Shown piece after piece: positions 15,319-24,825 of a DNA stretch of 30,549 nucleotides (its first letter is position 1; the number at the start of each line of letters is the position of its first letter). The stretch is from a virus. Taxonomy: Duplodnaviria > Caudoviricetes. Position numbers and translations under genes: made by a program. The notes under the pieces were generated by a model, which made no database searches, had not been told where the DNA came from, and saw nothing but the letters and a program-made list of their open reading frames with translations. Where the stretch lies: the IMG/VR virus record IMGVR_UViG_3300037991_002528, positions 1 to 30,549 of that record. The stretch is one strand, 5' to 3'.

Positions 15319-15993
15319 TTACCCTCTAAAAATCTTTTCTCTTTTATATTCGTTGATAGTATCTATCAACTGATCAGTCCAATTATCTCTATCTTCTATG
15401 AAGATTTGAGCACCCTCGTCACCTGCTATGGCAACTACTAATTGTTTAATAGGTTTACCTGTTCTTTCTTCCCACATGATCGCATACGCAGCTGCCTGCA
15501 TGAAGTAACCATGTACCCATTCTTTTTTCTTTTCTTTTCGTGAGGTTTTCCAATCTATGATAGAATCTTTACCATTCCACATACCTACACAATCAACTCT
15601 ACCAGCTACACCTAAATGCTTTGAATATAAAGGTGCTTCTATTGAGTAAACCTTATTTAAATTTTCATCAATTTGTTTTTGTATATCCTTGAATGTTTGT
15701 ATATTATGTGGCATCACACCATCTAAATAGTCTGGATCATTTGCTATATATTTTTCAATGATGTTATGTACCTTAGTACCTCTTTGAGAAGCAATTCTAC
15801 TTACTCTATTTGCTTCTTCTTCTCCAACTCTTTGTCTCCATTTTTGTATAGCTTCTCTACTTAGTATCGATAATACTGTTGTAATACTTGGATAGCTATG
15901 ACCTTCTGGATCCAGATAAGTTCTGCCTGATTCTTTTGTTTCTGTTTTTAGATCAGCATAATCTAATTCTACGGGTTCATGTATAAAATTCAT
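15319..15993 (-). CDS. PD-(D/E)XK exonuclease
   Basis: YPSITTVL, RGTKVH, AGRVDC, IIDWKTS, YFMQAAAY. Confidence 0.88.
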   Translation of the reverse strand: MNFIHEPVELDYADLKTETKESGRTYLDPEGHSYPSITTVLSILSREAIQKWRQRVGEEEANRVSRIASQRGTKVHNIIEKYIANDPDYLDGVMPHNIQTFKDIQKQIDENLNKVYSIEAPLYSKHLGVAGRVDCVGMWNGKDSIIDWKTSRKEKKKEWVHGYFMQAAAYAIMWEERTGKPIKQLVVAIAGDEGAQIFIEDRDNWTDQLIDTINEYKREKIFRG

Positions 15994-16253
15994 TTACCTA
16001 ACCCTAAACTTATTACTTGAAATGTACTGAACATAAATATTAATGCACCTAACTGAACTAATACAGCAATAGCAATAAACTTTAATTGTCTATCACCCCA
16101 CCAATCTAATTCATTCTTTCTCCATTCTTCAAACTCTTCTGGTGTTGCATCTCTTGGTCCAAAATTTAAATTTAATTGTTGTGGAATTCTATCAGTATCA
16201 ATAACCTCTACTTCTACAGGTCTTTTCCATGAGTCTAATATCTTACGCTTCAT
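15990..16253 (-). CDS. hypothetical membrane protein
   Basis: C-terminal TM helix; ATGA overlaps on both sides. Confidence 0.75.
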   Translation of the reverse strand: MKRKILDSWKRPVEVEVIDTDRIPQQLNLNFGPRDATPEEFEEWRKNELDWWGDRQLKFIAIAVLVQLGALIFMFSTFQVISLGLGK

Positions 16254-16504
16254 TTTGTTTTAATCCTATGTCGGTCTCTTGGTGGCATACCACTTTTAAT
16301 TCTATCTTGTACTTCTTTCCAACCATCACCAGCTCTAGTTAATACACCCTTAGATGCTTCACCACTATAAGATATTGTTGGTGCTGATGAGTAGTGTCTT
16401 TTTATATGTGGATTATCTTTCACATATTTTTCCATATCTGAAATAGACATTGCTTCTTCAAATACTTCGTCTGTCTTTGTGTTTATAAATTCGTATAATG
16501 GCAT
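16250..16504 (-). CDS. FmdB-like small protein (Cys-less)
   Basis: MPLYEF..NPHI..DGWKEV; start set at MPLYEF, with TATAAATA at 16510-16517. Confidence 0.7.
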   Translation of the reverse strand: MPLYEFINTKTDEVFEEAMSISDMEKYVKDNPHIKRHYSSAPTISYSGEASKGVLTRAGDGWKEVQDRIKSGMPPRDRHRIKTK

Positions 16505-16508
16505 AATG

Positions 16509-17060
16509 TTATTTATACGCAAACCAAGTAGGTACTTCTCTTTTTGTCCATACCATACTGAACCTTGCTTCCTTTGTTTTATAGAATGCACGATAAGATT
16601 TTATTGGATCCTCAAACATACATTCTGGATTTGATTTCATTGCTAATCTAAATGGTGTCATTTTTTTCACTGGTATATTATCTGGTAATCTTTCTAATGC
16701 CTTTCTTAGTTTCTTATCTGTGGCATGCACTTTACCATATCGATGTGTATATTCATCACACAAGGCTGTAAAATGTTTATAATGCCATCTATAATTATGC
16801 ATTGATTCTCTTGTCCATATTGTACTAGGATGGTTGAAATGACATGCTTTATATAACACATCTTCTCTATCATCTTTTAATTTCCAATATTGAACTCTTA
16901 CTTTACCTGACTTAGATAATCTTCTTTCCATTTTACCATCTAGCATTCGATGTACTGTGGAAAGCATTTGAGCTGATTCTACAATCATTTTGACTACATG
17001 TTTATCACATTGCATTTGAGCTGCGATCACTGGGTCATTATCTAAAATAAAAATATTCAT
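16509..17060 (-). CDS. pyrimidine-dimer DNA glycosylase (DenV-related family)
   Basis: MNIFILD..DKHVVKMIVESAQMLST..YKACHFNHPSTIW..YTHRYGKVH; start set at MNIF. Confidence 0.8.
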   Translation of the reverse strand: MNIFILDNDPVIAAQMQCDKHVVKMIVESAQMLSTVHRMLDGKMERRLSKSGKVRVQYWKLKDDREDVLYKACHFNHPSTIWTRESMHNYRWHYKHFTALCDEYTHRYGKVHATDKKLRKALERLPDNIPVKKMTPFRLAMKSNPECMFEDPIKSYRAFYKTKEARFSMVWTKREVPTWFAYK

Positions 17061-17067
17061 ACTGTAT

Positions 17068-17096
17068 ATTATAACACACTTAGCATTAGATGTCAA
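17068..17096 (-). promoter_or_regulatory. consensus sigma70 promoter
   Basis: TTGACA-17 nt-TATAAT with extended TG. Confidence 0.85.
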
Positions 17097-17098
17097 AT

Positions 17099-17116
17099 GG
17101 GGCAGTTGCCTGCCCC
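17099..17116 (-). terminator. GC-rich hairpin, possible terminator
   Basis: GGGGCAG-GCAA-CTGCCCC; U tract is weak. Confidence 0.5.
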
Positions 17117-17144
17117 GCATAATAAAGGTTTTGGTATCACCTCC

Positions 17145-17579
17145 TTATTTTACTAATAATGTAGGAAAGGCTTCTTCCACTAGTTTCCTAGTGATGCCCT
17201 TATACTTCAACCTTCTATCTTTTGCTTTAGCCAATAAGTCAGCTTCTCCCTCACTTAATGACTCTAATAAATCAATCCACATTGATTCTCTTTTTAATGG
17301 TGATAGGTTCTCTGCATTTGGTGAACCTTTAAAAAAGTATGTGAATCTTCTATATTCTCTGTGTAATGTTTGGTATGCCATACCTTCTGGCGCATCATCT
17401 TTTCTGTAAGGTGTTTCACCATCTGGTAATAACGATACTACATCATTATCAAAGTTAATTCTAAGAATATCCATGAAAGCTGGATATTGTTTCATTTCTC
17501 TTAGATATGCTATTTTTTCTTTTTTTGTTTTCAGGCTAGCTGCCTTTTCAAATATTTCGTGTATTGCTGGTTTAACCAT
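17145..17579 (-). CDS. conserved T4-like hypothetical protein downstream of rnh
   Basis: LPDGETPY..KRESMWIDLLESL..EA.LL..KD..YKGIT..LVEEAFP; start MVKPA with GGAGG SD. Confidence 0.85.
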   Translation of the reverse strand: MVKPAIHEIFEKAASLKTKKEKIAYLREMKQYPAFMDILRINFDNDVVSLLPDGETPYRKDDAPEGMAYQTLHREYRRFTYFFKGSPNAENLSPLKRESMWIDLLESLSEGEADLLAKAKDRRLKYKGITRKLVEEAFPTLLVK

Positions 17580-18426
17580 TATAAAATTCCTCCACGACTT
17601 CAATTAATTGGTTACATCTTTTTTTAATTAAATAATTAAGAACTTTCATACGCATAGCGATTGGTTGTTCTACATAATTATTTATAATACTTTCTTGTAT
17701 CTCTTCTGGAATTTCTGTCAAATCTATAAGTTTTTTATTTCTTTGATAATTCCTAAAAGTATTCTCGTCCATAACCTCTTTGAGATTATCAGAGTTTTCT
17801 AACCACTCATTGATTCTTGCTTGTCTCAATGGTGTTTGAGATTTATCAGTTACAAATGTATCATCAGCTGATAAAACATTTGGTATACCATCACCACCAT
17901 CACCTCTCATTATATGATTAAATGCATAGGTTCTAGGGTTTTCATCTGTAACCATTTTCTTTTGTATTGGACTAAATTGTTTGACATTATTAAATTTTTG
18001 TAATTGTATAAAGTCTTTATCACTTGATACAATCATTATTGGTTCATCATTACCAAACTCTTGAGTAAATAATACAAGACTTCCAATAATATCATCTGCC
18101 TCTACACCGTCCATGTGTAATACTTTATAAGGCAAGTTCTCTTTGATTTCATCACGAACAAGATGTAGAATTCTAAATATTTCATTCCAATCTTGATCTG
18201 ACTCTTCTCTATGTTTTTTTCTATGTGCTTTATATAATGGAAAATAATCTTTTCTCCATGTATTCATACCATCTGCACATATAACCATTTGGCCATATTG
18301 ATCTCTATATTTTTTATTATACATTCTAATACTATTCAGTATCATGTGACGTATCATTGATTCGTCATTTAACTTTTGTACAATAATATTCGATAACGCT
18401 ATTTGACTATAATCTAATAATATCAT
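17572..18426 (-). CDS. rnh: T4-type RNase H / 5'-3' exonuclease
   Basis: MILLDYSQI, WRKDYFPLYKAHR, EADDIIG, SSDKDFIQL, GDGGDGIPN. Confidence 0.93.
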   Translation of the reverse strand: MILLDYSQIALSNIIVQKLNDESMIRHMILNSIRMYNKKYRDQYGQMVICADGMNTWRKDYFPLYKAHRKKHREESDQDWNEIFRILHLVRDEIKENLPYKVLHMDGVEADDIIGSLVLFTQEFGNDEPIMIVSSDKDFIQLQKFNNVKQFSPIQKKMVTDENPRTYAFNHIMRGDGGDGIPNVLSADDTFVTDKSQTPLRQARINEWLENSDNLKEVMDENTFRNYQRNKKLIDLTEIPEEIQESIINNYVEQPIAMRMKVLNYLIKKRCNQLIEVVEEFYNG

Positions 18427-18530
18427 TTTCCGTTTTGACCTCTTTCAAATAATTTATTAGCTTGACGTTGCATAGATTTCTCTACTTGTCTATCAAACCA
18501 TTTACGAAACCATTGTCTAAGTTTCCCCAT
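18423..18530 (-). CDS. 35 aa microprotein, copy B (paralog of 1947..2060)
   Basis: Not in track. GGAGGAG SD, ATGA overlap with rnh; MGKLRQWFRKWFDRQVEKSMQRQANKLFERGQNGK. Confidence 0.85.
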   Translation of the reverse strand: MGKLRQWFRKWFDRQVEKSMQRQANKLFERGQNGK

Positions 18531-18879
18531 CGTCTCCTCCTAATGGCATCAGTTTCAATTTAATATATGCTTTATCTAAGTCCCTTTGAAATCTATGAGG
18601 TATACCCATGTATCTATTTAACATAGCATTTATCATATTCACTACAACAAACATATCTCGTGATTCAGCCATAGCCTCGTCTCTAAAGTTCATGTTCATT
18701 AATTCTTGATATTCTGATACTTGACCAGTACAGATAAACTCTTCTATGATAGAAAGTAGTTCTTGTGATATTGCGATACATTCGTCTGACTTCTCAGCGA
18801 TTATATCATAATCTGATTTATTAACCCTATGTTGATTAGTTATATCTTCACCAGTAGGGAACTTAATTATTTTTGCCAT
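18517..18879 (-). CDS. hypothetical protein
   Basis: 120 aa (MAKIIKFP) immediately downstream of an early promoter. Confidence 0.8.
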   Translation of the reverse strand: MAKIIKFPTGEDITNQHRVNKSDYDIIAEKSDECIAISQELLSIIEEFICTGQVSEYQELMNMNFRDEAMAESRDMFVVVNMINAMLNRYMGIPHRFQRDLDKAYIKLKLMPLGGDDGET

Positions 18880-18887
18880 AATAGTCT

Positions 18888-18917
18888 ATTATAACACAAT
18901 ATTGAGTAAATGTAAAC
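18888..18917 (-). promoter_or_regulatory. T4-type early promoter
   Basis: GTTTACA-17 nt-TATAAT. Confidence 0.8.
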
Positions 18918-18919
18918 TG

Positions 18920-19345
18920 TTATTTTAAATTTTTTACTGACTTAGCTCCAATACGACAATTAATAATACCATTATAATATTTATCGTCAATAAGTACATC
19001 TCTATCGAATTGCTCTTTAGCTTCCATATAAGCACATTCACCTTTTGTTTTACATAGGTATAATATTTCTCTATTAAAGAAATCTTTTCCATGTGAACTT
19101 ACTTCTTCTTTTAGATGTACATTAGAACCATAGTAATCTCTCCAATCTGATTCTACTAAAAGTCTTTTTCTTCTTTTCCTTGTTTTTGTGATAGGTAATG
19201 TTTTCTTGGACCAGAAAAACTTCTTTCCAATATATTTCTTCCCGGTTCCCAGATGCGTAATGCAATAGACAAATCCATAATAATCGTCGGATGTGAAATC
19301 ATCTGGCGGAGTAAACTTCTTACCTTTGTAAGTCCAATCATTCAT
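18920..19345 (-). CDS. GIY-YIG endonuclease (endonuclease II/DenA-like)
   Basis: GFVYCIT..KKYIGKK, DWRDYYGS, FNREIL, YYN. Confidence 0.85.
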   Translation of the reverse strand: MNDWTYKGKKFTPPDDFTSDDYYGFVYCITHLGTGKKYIGKKFFWSKKTLPITKTRKRRKRLLVESDWRDYYGSNVHLKEEVSSHGKDFFNREILYLCKTKGECAYMEAKEQFDRDVLIDDKYYNGIINCRIGAKSVKNLK

Positions 19346-19469
19346 TGAAATCTAGCTCATCTTCGTCGTCAAGTGGTTCGCCACAATGAGGACAAAAATT
19401 GATGCGAACGTCTCTTTCGTCTGGTTTAATTACCATACGATTAAAACAATATTCACATTCTAATATCAT
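19338..19469 (-). CDS. small zinc-ribbon protein (43 aa)
   Basis: Not in track. CEYC..FCPHCG with acidic tail; ATGA overlap with glutaredoxin stop. Confidence 0.8.
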   Translation of the reverse strand: MILECEYCFNRMVIKPDERDVRINFCPHCGEPLDDEDELDFNE

Positions 19470-19684
19470 TTGATATGTTCGACTAATTCTGTATACCCGC
19501 CGATCTTTTCGCCATTAAAAATAATTTGTGGAAATGTCCTAGCACCAGGAAATGTTTCCATTAATTCTTCTCTTTCAAAATCTCTGCCTAGTTTTTTATA
19601 TTCAAACTCTAAACCTTCTCTTTCACATAGAGCTACAGCTTTATCACAAAACGGACAAAAGTCTTTTCCATATATACTAATCAT
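19466..19684 (-). CDS. glutaredoxin (NrdC-like)
   Basis: CPFC active site, TFPQI, IGGY. Confidence 0.93.
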   Translation of the reverse strand: MISIYGKDFCPFCDKAVALCEREGLEFEYKKLGRDFEREELMETFPGARTFPQIIFNGEKIGGYTELVEHIK

Positions 19685-20123
19685 TCATTGTCTCCTCTAT
19701 AAATTTACTTAGGTTTGTAATATCACTATCTGATAACATACCTGCTTGAGCCCACATAGTAGAACTCATCGCTCCCACGGTTTCACGATTCTGGTACTGA
19801 TATAATCTGTTAGATATATATTCGCTATCTTTTCCCGCCAATGCTGGAAAGGCTCCCATTCCCTGACCTTTTTGTCCATGGCACGCTGCGCATCCCGCCC
19901 AAAGTCCTCTAATGGAACTAAATGGATCGTCTGCAGCGGCAGCTTGTTTGGCTCTGAGTTGGTCAACCACTGTACCATTTTCTTCAACATATTTAACATA
20001 ACAATCTCCTGTGCACGCTTGTGCTCTTTCATATCCTTTATATTCTAGGTTAGCATAGGTATGTGATATAATACCATACATAAATCCACATATACCAATT
20101 AATAAATAAAAACTATCTTTCAT
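19677..20123 (-). CDS. membrane-anchored/exported class I c-type cytochrome
   Basis: N-terminal hydrophobic helix; CAACHG haem motif; PALAG; distal Met (STMW); LSDSDI. Confidence 0.88.
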   Translation of the reverse strand: MKDSFYLLIGICGFMYGIISHTYANLEYKGYERAQACTGDCYVKYVEENGTVVDQLRAKQAAAADDPFSSIRGLWAGCAACHGQKGQGMGAFPALAGKDSEYISNRLYQYQNRETVGAMSSTMWAQAGMLSDSDITNLSKFIEETMND

Positions 20124-21166
20124 AAACTTAATCCTTTCAACGTTCCTTCATCAACATCTTGCTTAACACCACCTACGATATAGGAACTTATTTCTGTTTC
20201 TTGTGGTGCTACTTGTACATTTCCACCTGAAATCCATTTCTCTGTCCATGGTAATGGATTCATTTGAGGTACTTGATATGGACATGTCAATCCGACAGCT
20301 CTCATTCTCTTAGCACCTATCCATTCTACATAATCTTTTAATATAGTTTCATTTAATCCAATCATGGATCCATTTCTAAATAGATATTCAGCCCATTGTT
20401 TTTCTTGTTCTATTACATTCATAAACAGATCAACACATTCTTGTTCTGTTTCTTTTGCAATCTTTTCATAGCCAGGTTCTTGTCTTAATAATTTTAACAT
20501 AGTTGTTGTACTGGCTAAGTGTGTATTTTCATCACGTGCAATAAATTTAATTATCTTTGCATTACCTTCCATCTTTTTGAGCTCAGCGAATGCCCAACTG
20601 CAGGCGAATGAGACATAAAATCTGACTCCTTCTAAGGCATTCGCTGATTGCATACACATCCATAAGTTTCTCTTATTAGGGTTTGCAATCAAAGCGTCAT
20701 AATATTTTGCAATGTCTTTACCACAATCTAGTATCTCTTTTATATTTAACATATTATCAAATACTATAGATGGGTCTGGATATACATTTCTAATTATATG
20801 TGTATATGATCTTGAGTGTATGGTTTCAAAAAATGACCATGTCTCAATCCAGTTTTCTACTTCAGGTAATGAAGCGTGTGGTAAGAATGCTAGATTAGGT
20901 GCACGACCTTGTACACTATCTAGTAATATTTGTCTTTTTAAATTTGAAGTAAATATATGTTGTTCATGTTCTGTTAATTCACCGAAGTCTTTTTTATCCT
21001 TAGACACATCTACTTCTTCTGGTCTCCAGAAAAAACCTAATTGTTTTTCAGTAATCTTTTCTAATTGCGAGTATCGAACTTGATCGTATCTTGCGACATC
21101 GACACCTTCATCAAAAAACATATTCTTTACTAAATGTGATTTTTTATTTTTCTTTAATATACTCAT
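20120..21166 (-). CDS. nrdB: ribonucleotide reductase class Ia beta subunit
   Basis: FFWRPEEV, LLDSVQ, ETIHSRSY, EGVRFYVSF, RDENTH, APQETEISSY. Confidence 0.97.
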   Translation of the reverse strand: MSILKKNKKSHLVKNMFFDEGVDVARYDQVRYSQLEKITEKQLGFFWRPEEVDVSKDKKDFGELTEHEQHIFTSNLKRQILLDSVQGRAPNLAFLPHASLPEVENWIETWSFFETIHSRSYTHIIRNVYPDPSIVFDNMLNIKEILDCGKDIAKYYDALIANPNKRNLWMCMQSANALEGVRFYVSFACSWAFAELKKMEGNAKIIKFIARDENTHLASTTTMLKLLRQEPGYEKIAKETEQECVDLFMNVIEQEKQWAEYLFRNGSMIGLNETILKDYVEWIGAKRMRAVGLTCPYQVPQMNPLPWTEKWISGGNVQVAPQETEISSYIVGGVKQDVDEGTLKGLSL

Positions 21167-23427
21167 ATTTTACAGCTTTCGCAGTCCTCGTCGGTCATTT
21201 CTCCAGCACCATCATAAGTGTTAAAATAATATAATTGTTTTATACCATACTTATAAGTTGTGATTAAATCTTGTATCATCACAGACATAGGAATTTTGTT
21301 ATCTTCGTAATTCTCTGGGTTATAAGAAGTATTAACAGATATACCTTGGTCAACGTATTTTTGTAATATCCCGCATATACCTAAATAGCCTTCAGGTGAC
21401 TTCTGCTCCCATAGTAAATCATACTTATTTTTTAAATTGTAAATACCGGGTACGACTTGAGCCATGACTCCGTCTTTACTTTGTTTATAACTCACCAATG
21501 CTCTTGGTGGTTCTATTCCATTAGTACTATTACTAATTTGAGCAGATGTTTCAGCAGGCATTAATGCCATGAGAGTTGAGTTACGAATTCCAGTTTCTCT
21601 GAGTTGCTCTCGCAAATCTTCCCACGGAAGACGCTCTTTATGCTCTATTAAATTATCTATTGCTCTCTTATATGTATCAATTGGCAACTTTCCACTGGCA
21701 TATTTTGTATGACTATTTAAAGGAATTTTACCTTTTTCTTTTGCCAGATCAGCTGATGCCTTAATAAGATAATAAGACCATGCCTCTGCATATTCATCTA
21801 CTACTTTATATGCTGATTCATCATACTTCAATCCTCTCTTTGCTAAGAAGTATGCTAAATTAATTATACCAATACCTAAAGGCCTACGACTCTTAGTACT
21901 TGCTTCAGCTGCTGCTATTGGATATTCTTGATAATCCATTAGTTCATCTAAACCACGAACAGCAAGATCACAATACTTTTCAAATTCTTTAGGGTCATTT
22001 ATTAAACCCCAATTAATTGCTGATAAAGTACATAGTGATATTTCACCTGTATGATCGTCGTAAGCATTTAAAGGTTGTGTAGGTAAATCTATTTCACAAC
22101 ATAAATTACTCATGTGAATTGGTGCTACCTTTTCTTCAAAAGAACTATGCTCATTTGCATGATCGACATTCATTAAATAGATACGACCTGTATCTTTTCT
22201 TTCAGTTAAAAATCTGGAAAAGACTTCTAATGCTGGTAAGCTTTTCTTTCTAATTGAAGTTTTTCGTTCGGCTATTTCATATAGCTCTTTGAACAAATCT
22301 TGGTCACTAAAGAATGCATCATATAATTCTGGTACATCTTTAGGATCGAAGAAAGTGATATTACCACCTTCTAATAATCTTTCGTACATTAATCTATTGA
22401 ATTGAAAAGCATAATCCATGTGACGAACTCTTGTTTCATCAGTACCTTTATTATTTTTCAATACAACTAAATCTTCAAATTCATAATGCCATACTGGTAA
22501 ATACACAGTAGCTGCTCCACCTCGTACACCTCCTTGGGAACAGGATTTAACGGCACTTTGAAAATATTTTAAAAACGGAATAAGACCTGTATGTACAACA
22601 GAACCATCCGCTATTTTAGCTCCAAGAGCTCTGATCTTTCCGGCACCTATACCAATACCAGCTTTTTTACTTATATACTTAACAATACTAGTAGCAGTAG
22701 CATTAATAGAATCCAGGGAATCATCGGATTCAATAAGGACGCACGAACTAAATTGTCGTGTAGGAGTTCTAACTCCTGCCATAATCGGCGTAGGTAACGA
22801 AATATAAAATTGAGAAATCGCATCATAATACTCCTTTACATATTTCATTCTAACATCATCATGGTAATCAGCAAATAAGGTTGCACTGATCATCATGTAT
22901 AGCATTTGTGGAGTTTCATAATGTTTCTTTGTTCTTCTATCTTGAACTAAATACTTACCACGAAATTGCTCCATTCCTGCATAGGTAAAAGTATCGTCTC
23001 TTTCATGTTTGATATATTGATCTAAGTCTATGAGTTCTTCAGTTGTATATTTCTGAAGTATCTCTTTATCATATACACCTCTTTCAATATTTAATTCTAT
23101 CAGCTCTCTTAACGAACAAGGTTGATAATCGCCATAGACTTCTTTTCTCAGTTTATAACTGATCAGTCTTGCTGCTACGAATTGATAGTTAGGTGTGTTT
23201 TCAGATATGAGTTCTGCAGCTGATTTGATTAATAGTTCGTGAATATCGTATGCATTGATCTTATCGAATAATTGTATATTCGCTTTCAATTCAATTTCAG
23301 ACATTGATACACCACTAATATCTTCAACTGCCCATTCTAAAACTTTATGAACTTTATCTAAATCAAATGGTTGTAGAGAACCATCTCGCTTCGTGACATT
23401 AATTGACATAATACTTTTATCATTCAT
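21163..23427 (-). CDS. nrdA: ribonucleotide reductase class Ia alpha subunit
   Basis: ATP cone VTKRDG; FSSCVL; SNLCCEI; LCTL; LYY; C-terminal CESC. Confidence 0.98.
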   Translation of the reverse strand: MNDKSIMSINVTKRDGSLQPFDLDKVHKVLEWAVEDISGVSMSEIELKANIQLFDKINAYDIHELLIKSAAELISENTPNYQFVAARLISYKLRKEVYGDYQPCSLRELIELNIERGVYDKEILQKYTTEELIDLDQYIKHERDDTFTYAGMEQFRGKYLVQDRRTKKHYETPQMLYMMISATLFADYHDDVRMKYVKEYYDAISQFYISLPTPIMAGVRTPTRQFSSCVLIESDDSLDSINATATSIVKYISKKAGIGIGAGKIRALGAKIADGSVVHTGLIPFLKYFQSAVKSCSQGGVRGGAATVYLPVWHYEFEDLVVLKNNKGTDETRVRHMDYAFQFNRLMYERLLEGGNITFFDPKDVPELYDAFFSDQDLFKELYEIAERKTSIRKKSLPALEVFSRFLTERKDTGRIYLMNVDHANEHSSFEEKVAPIHMSNLCCEIDLPTQPLNAYDDHTGEISLCTLSAINWGLINDPKEFEKYCDLAVRGLDELMDYQEYPIAAAEASTKSRRPLGIGIINLAYFLAKRGLKYDESAYKVVDEYAEAWSYYLIKASADLAKEKGKIPLNSHTKYASGKLPIDTYKRAIDNLIEHKERLPWEDLREQLRETGIRNSTLMALMPAETSAQISNSTNGIEPPRALVSYKQSKDGVMAQVVPGIYNLKNKYDLLWEQKSPEGYLGICGILQKYVDQGISVNTSYNPENYEDNKIPMSVMIQDLITTYKYGIKQLYYFNTYDGAGEMTDEDCESCKI

Positions 23428-23438
23428 AATTAGTATAT

Positions 23439-23468
23439 ATTATAACACAAACTACGTCGTTTGTAAAC
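23439..23468 (-). promoter_or_regulatory. T4-type early promoter for nrdAB operon
   Basis: GTTTACA-17 nt-TATAAT. Confidence 0.8.
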
Positions 23469-23740
23469 TATTTTTTTTCGAGTTTTTCTATTCTTTTGAT
23501 TAAGTCTGGATAAGCATCAAACTCATGTAGTTCTTTACATGGGTGTGAATTATCTTCTAACTTTTTTATTCTATTTGCTACTATAGGATATAGCTCATGA
23601 AACTTTTTATTTTCTTTAATGATGTCAATACCTAGTCTATCTTCACACCATTCATCTAATCGTAATAGCCATTTAGGTTTGTATACTTTGAGTATTGCTG
23701 TAATAACAAACTTAAGTATATTAATGACTAGACCAACCAT
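23468..23740 (-). CDS. hypothetical protein
   Basis: 90 aa, TAATG-coupled to the lipoprotein gene. Confidence 0.75.
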   Translation of the reverse strand: MVGLVINILKFVITAILKVYKPKWLLRLDEWCEDRLGIDIIKENKKFHELYPIVANRIKKLEDNSHPCKELHEFDAYPDLIKRIEKLEKK

Positions 23741-24264
23741 TAGCCTCTCACATCTTCAGTTGCTTCTGGTGCAACAATCTCAATACCGACGCCTTGGCCT
23801 TTCTCTCCATCAGGCATAGTAACATTTCTATAATAGATTACTACCTCGCCTAATTGTTTTATATATCTTTTTAGTTCTTGCATATCTTCAGCCATGACTT
23901 TATAATCACCAACTGTTGTGGCTACGAAAACAATATCTCCATTGTTTTGCTCTTTCATGTCATCAAGAAATCTATCTAGGTATGTGTAGCCTTCAGGCCA
24001 ATCTGGATTTTCTCTATCTTCTAAATCACATACCTTAGGTCTTTTAACTTCACCACCGTCTCCGACTTTTTTACAAGGGTTTGCTATCTTGGCTTCAGAT
24101 ACAACATACCATTTAGGAGCTGTCAATTCTAGTGGTCTTGGTAAATCTGGTTGCATAATATCTATTTGTACCGGTTTTGATACAACTTCTATTTGTTTAG
24201 TTCCTAATAAGGAACAACCACTAATCGTTAGTAGTATTAAGATCGTAAAGAGCTTTTGTATCAT
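23740..24264 (-). CDS. outer-membrane lipoprotein, probable o-spanin
   Basis: Lipobox ISGC, Pro-rich segment, overlaps the 3' end of the i-spanin-like gene. Confidence 0.72.
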   Translation of the reverse strand: MIQKLFTILILLTISGCSLLGTKQIEVVSKPVQIDIMQPDLPRPLELTAPKWYVVSEAKIANPCKKVGDGGEVKRPKVCDLEDRENPDWPEGYTYLDRFLDDMKEQNNGDIVFVATTVGDYKVMAEDMQELKRYIKQLGEVVIYYRNVTMPDGEKGQGVGIEIVAPEATEDVRG

Positions 24265-24598
24265 CTTCTAATCCCTCCATCACAGCTTCACTAGCACCAT
24301 TGAATCTATTTTCCATGAGTCCTGGTTTTCTTAAAGCTAAGTTATCTAAATTATGTCTGGCAAATATTGCGAGATACTCTGCTTTCTCTGCTTCAATCTC
24401 TGCATTCTTTCTAGTCATTTGCAGTAATGATTTGCCTTGCTTTTCGTATTGCTCTTGAATCTGAGCAATGGTTTCTTGCTGTTCTTTCACAGCAACTTCG
24501 AGTTTTAAATTATTCTCGGTCAATGTTTGGTTCTCATTATATAACCAATAACCACCTAGACCAAGAACTAAAATTATACCTATTAATAATTGTTGCAT
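24221..24598 (-). CDS. probable i-spanin
   Basis: N-terminal TM, long coiled coil, KPGL motif. Confidence 0.75.
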   Translation of the reverse strand: MQQLLIGIILVLGLGGYWLYNENQTLTENNLKLEVAVKEQQETIAQIQEQYEKQGKSLLQMTRKNAEIEAEKAEYLAIFARHNLDNLALRKPGLMENRFNGASEAVMEGLEDDTKALYDLNTTND

Positions 24599-24825
24599 TA
24601 TAATTCCTTAATAATATAGTTTAGTCCTGCAGCAGATCGATATTCCACTACTTCATTATCATCAGTACGGAATTTGAGATGCTTTTCTTTTTGAACTAGA
24701 ATTTTTTTGGTGATGTATGTTCTATCATCTGCATCACCCCATTCTTTATTGAAAGATACAGTTACTTCGTATCTTTTACGAAATAAGTTTAAAAACCAAT
24801 TAAGTAACTTTTTTAGATGCTTCAC
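24598..24825 (-). CDS. hypothetical protein
   Basis: 75 aa with amphipathic N-terminus. Confidence 0.7.
   Translation of the reverse strand: MKHLKKLLNWFLNLFRKRYEVTVSFNKEWGDADDRTYITKKILVQKEKHLKFRTDDNEVVEYRSAAGLNYIIKEL

Noticed and set aside
15319-15993. Cas4 / CRISPR system
   Set aside because: No four-Cys Fe-S motif, no other cas genes and no repeat-spacer array seen.
18920-19345. Mobile homing endonuclease
   Set aside because: Only a catalytic GIY-YIG domain with no DNA-binding tail; fits an endonuclease II-like gene better.
5386-20032. Nested same-strand ORFs 5386..5592, 19156..19341, 19766..20032
   Set aside because: Fully inside iscA, the GIY-YIG gene and the cytochrome gene, with no independent coding evidence.
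20120-23427. Intron or intein in nrdA/nrdB
   Set aside because: Both ORFs are continuous and of normal length.
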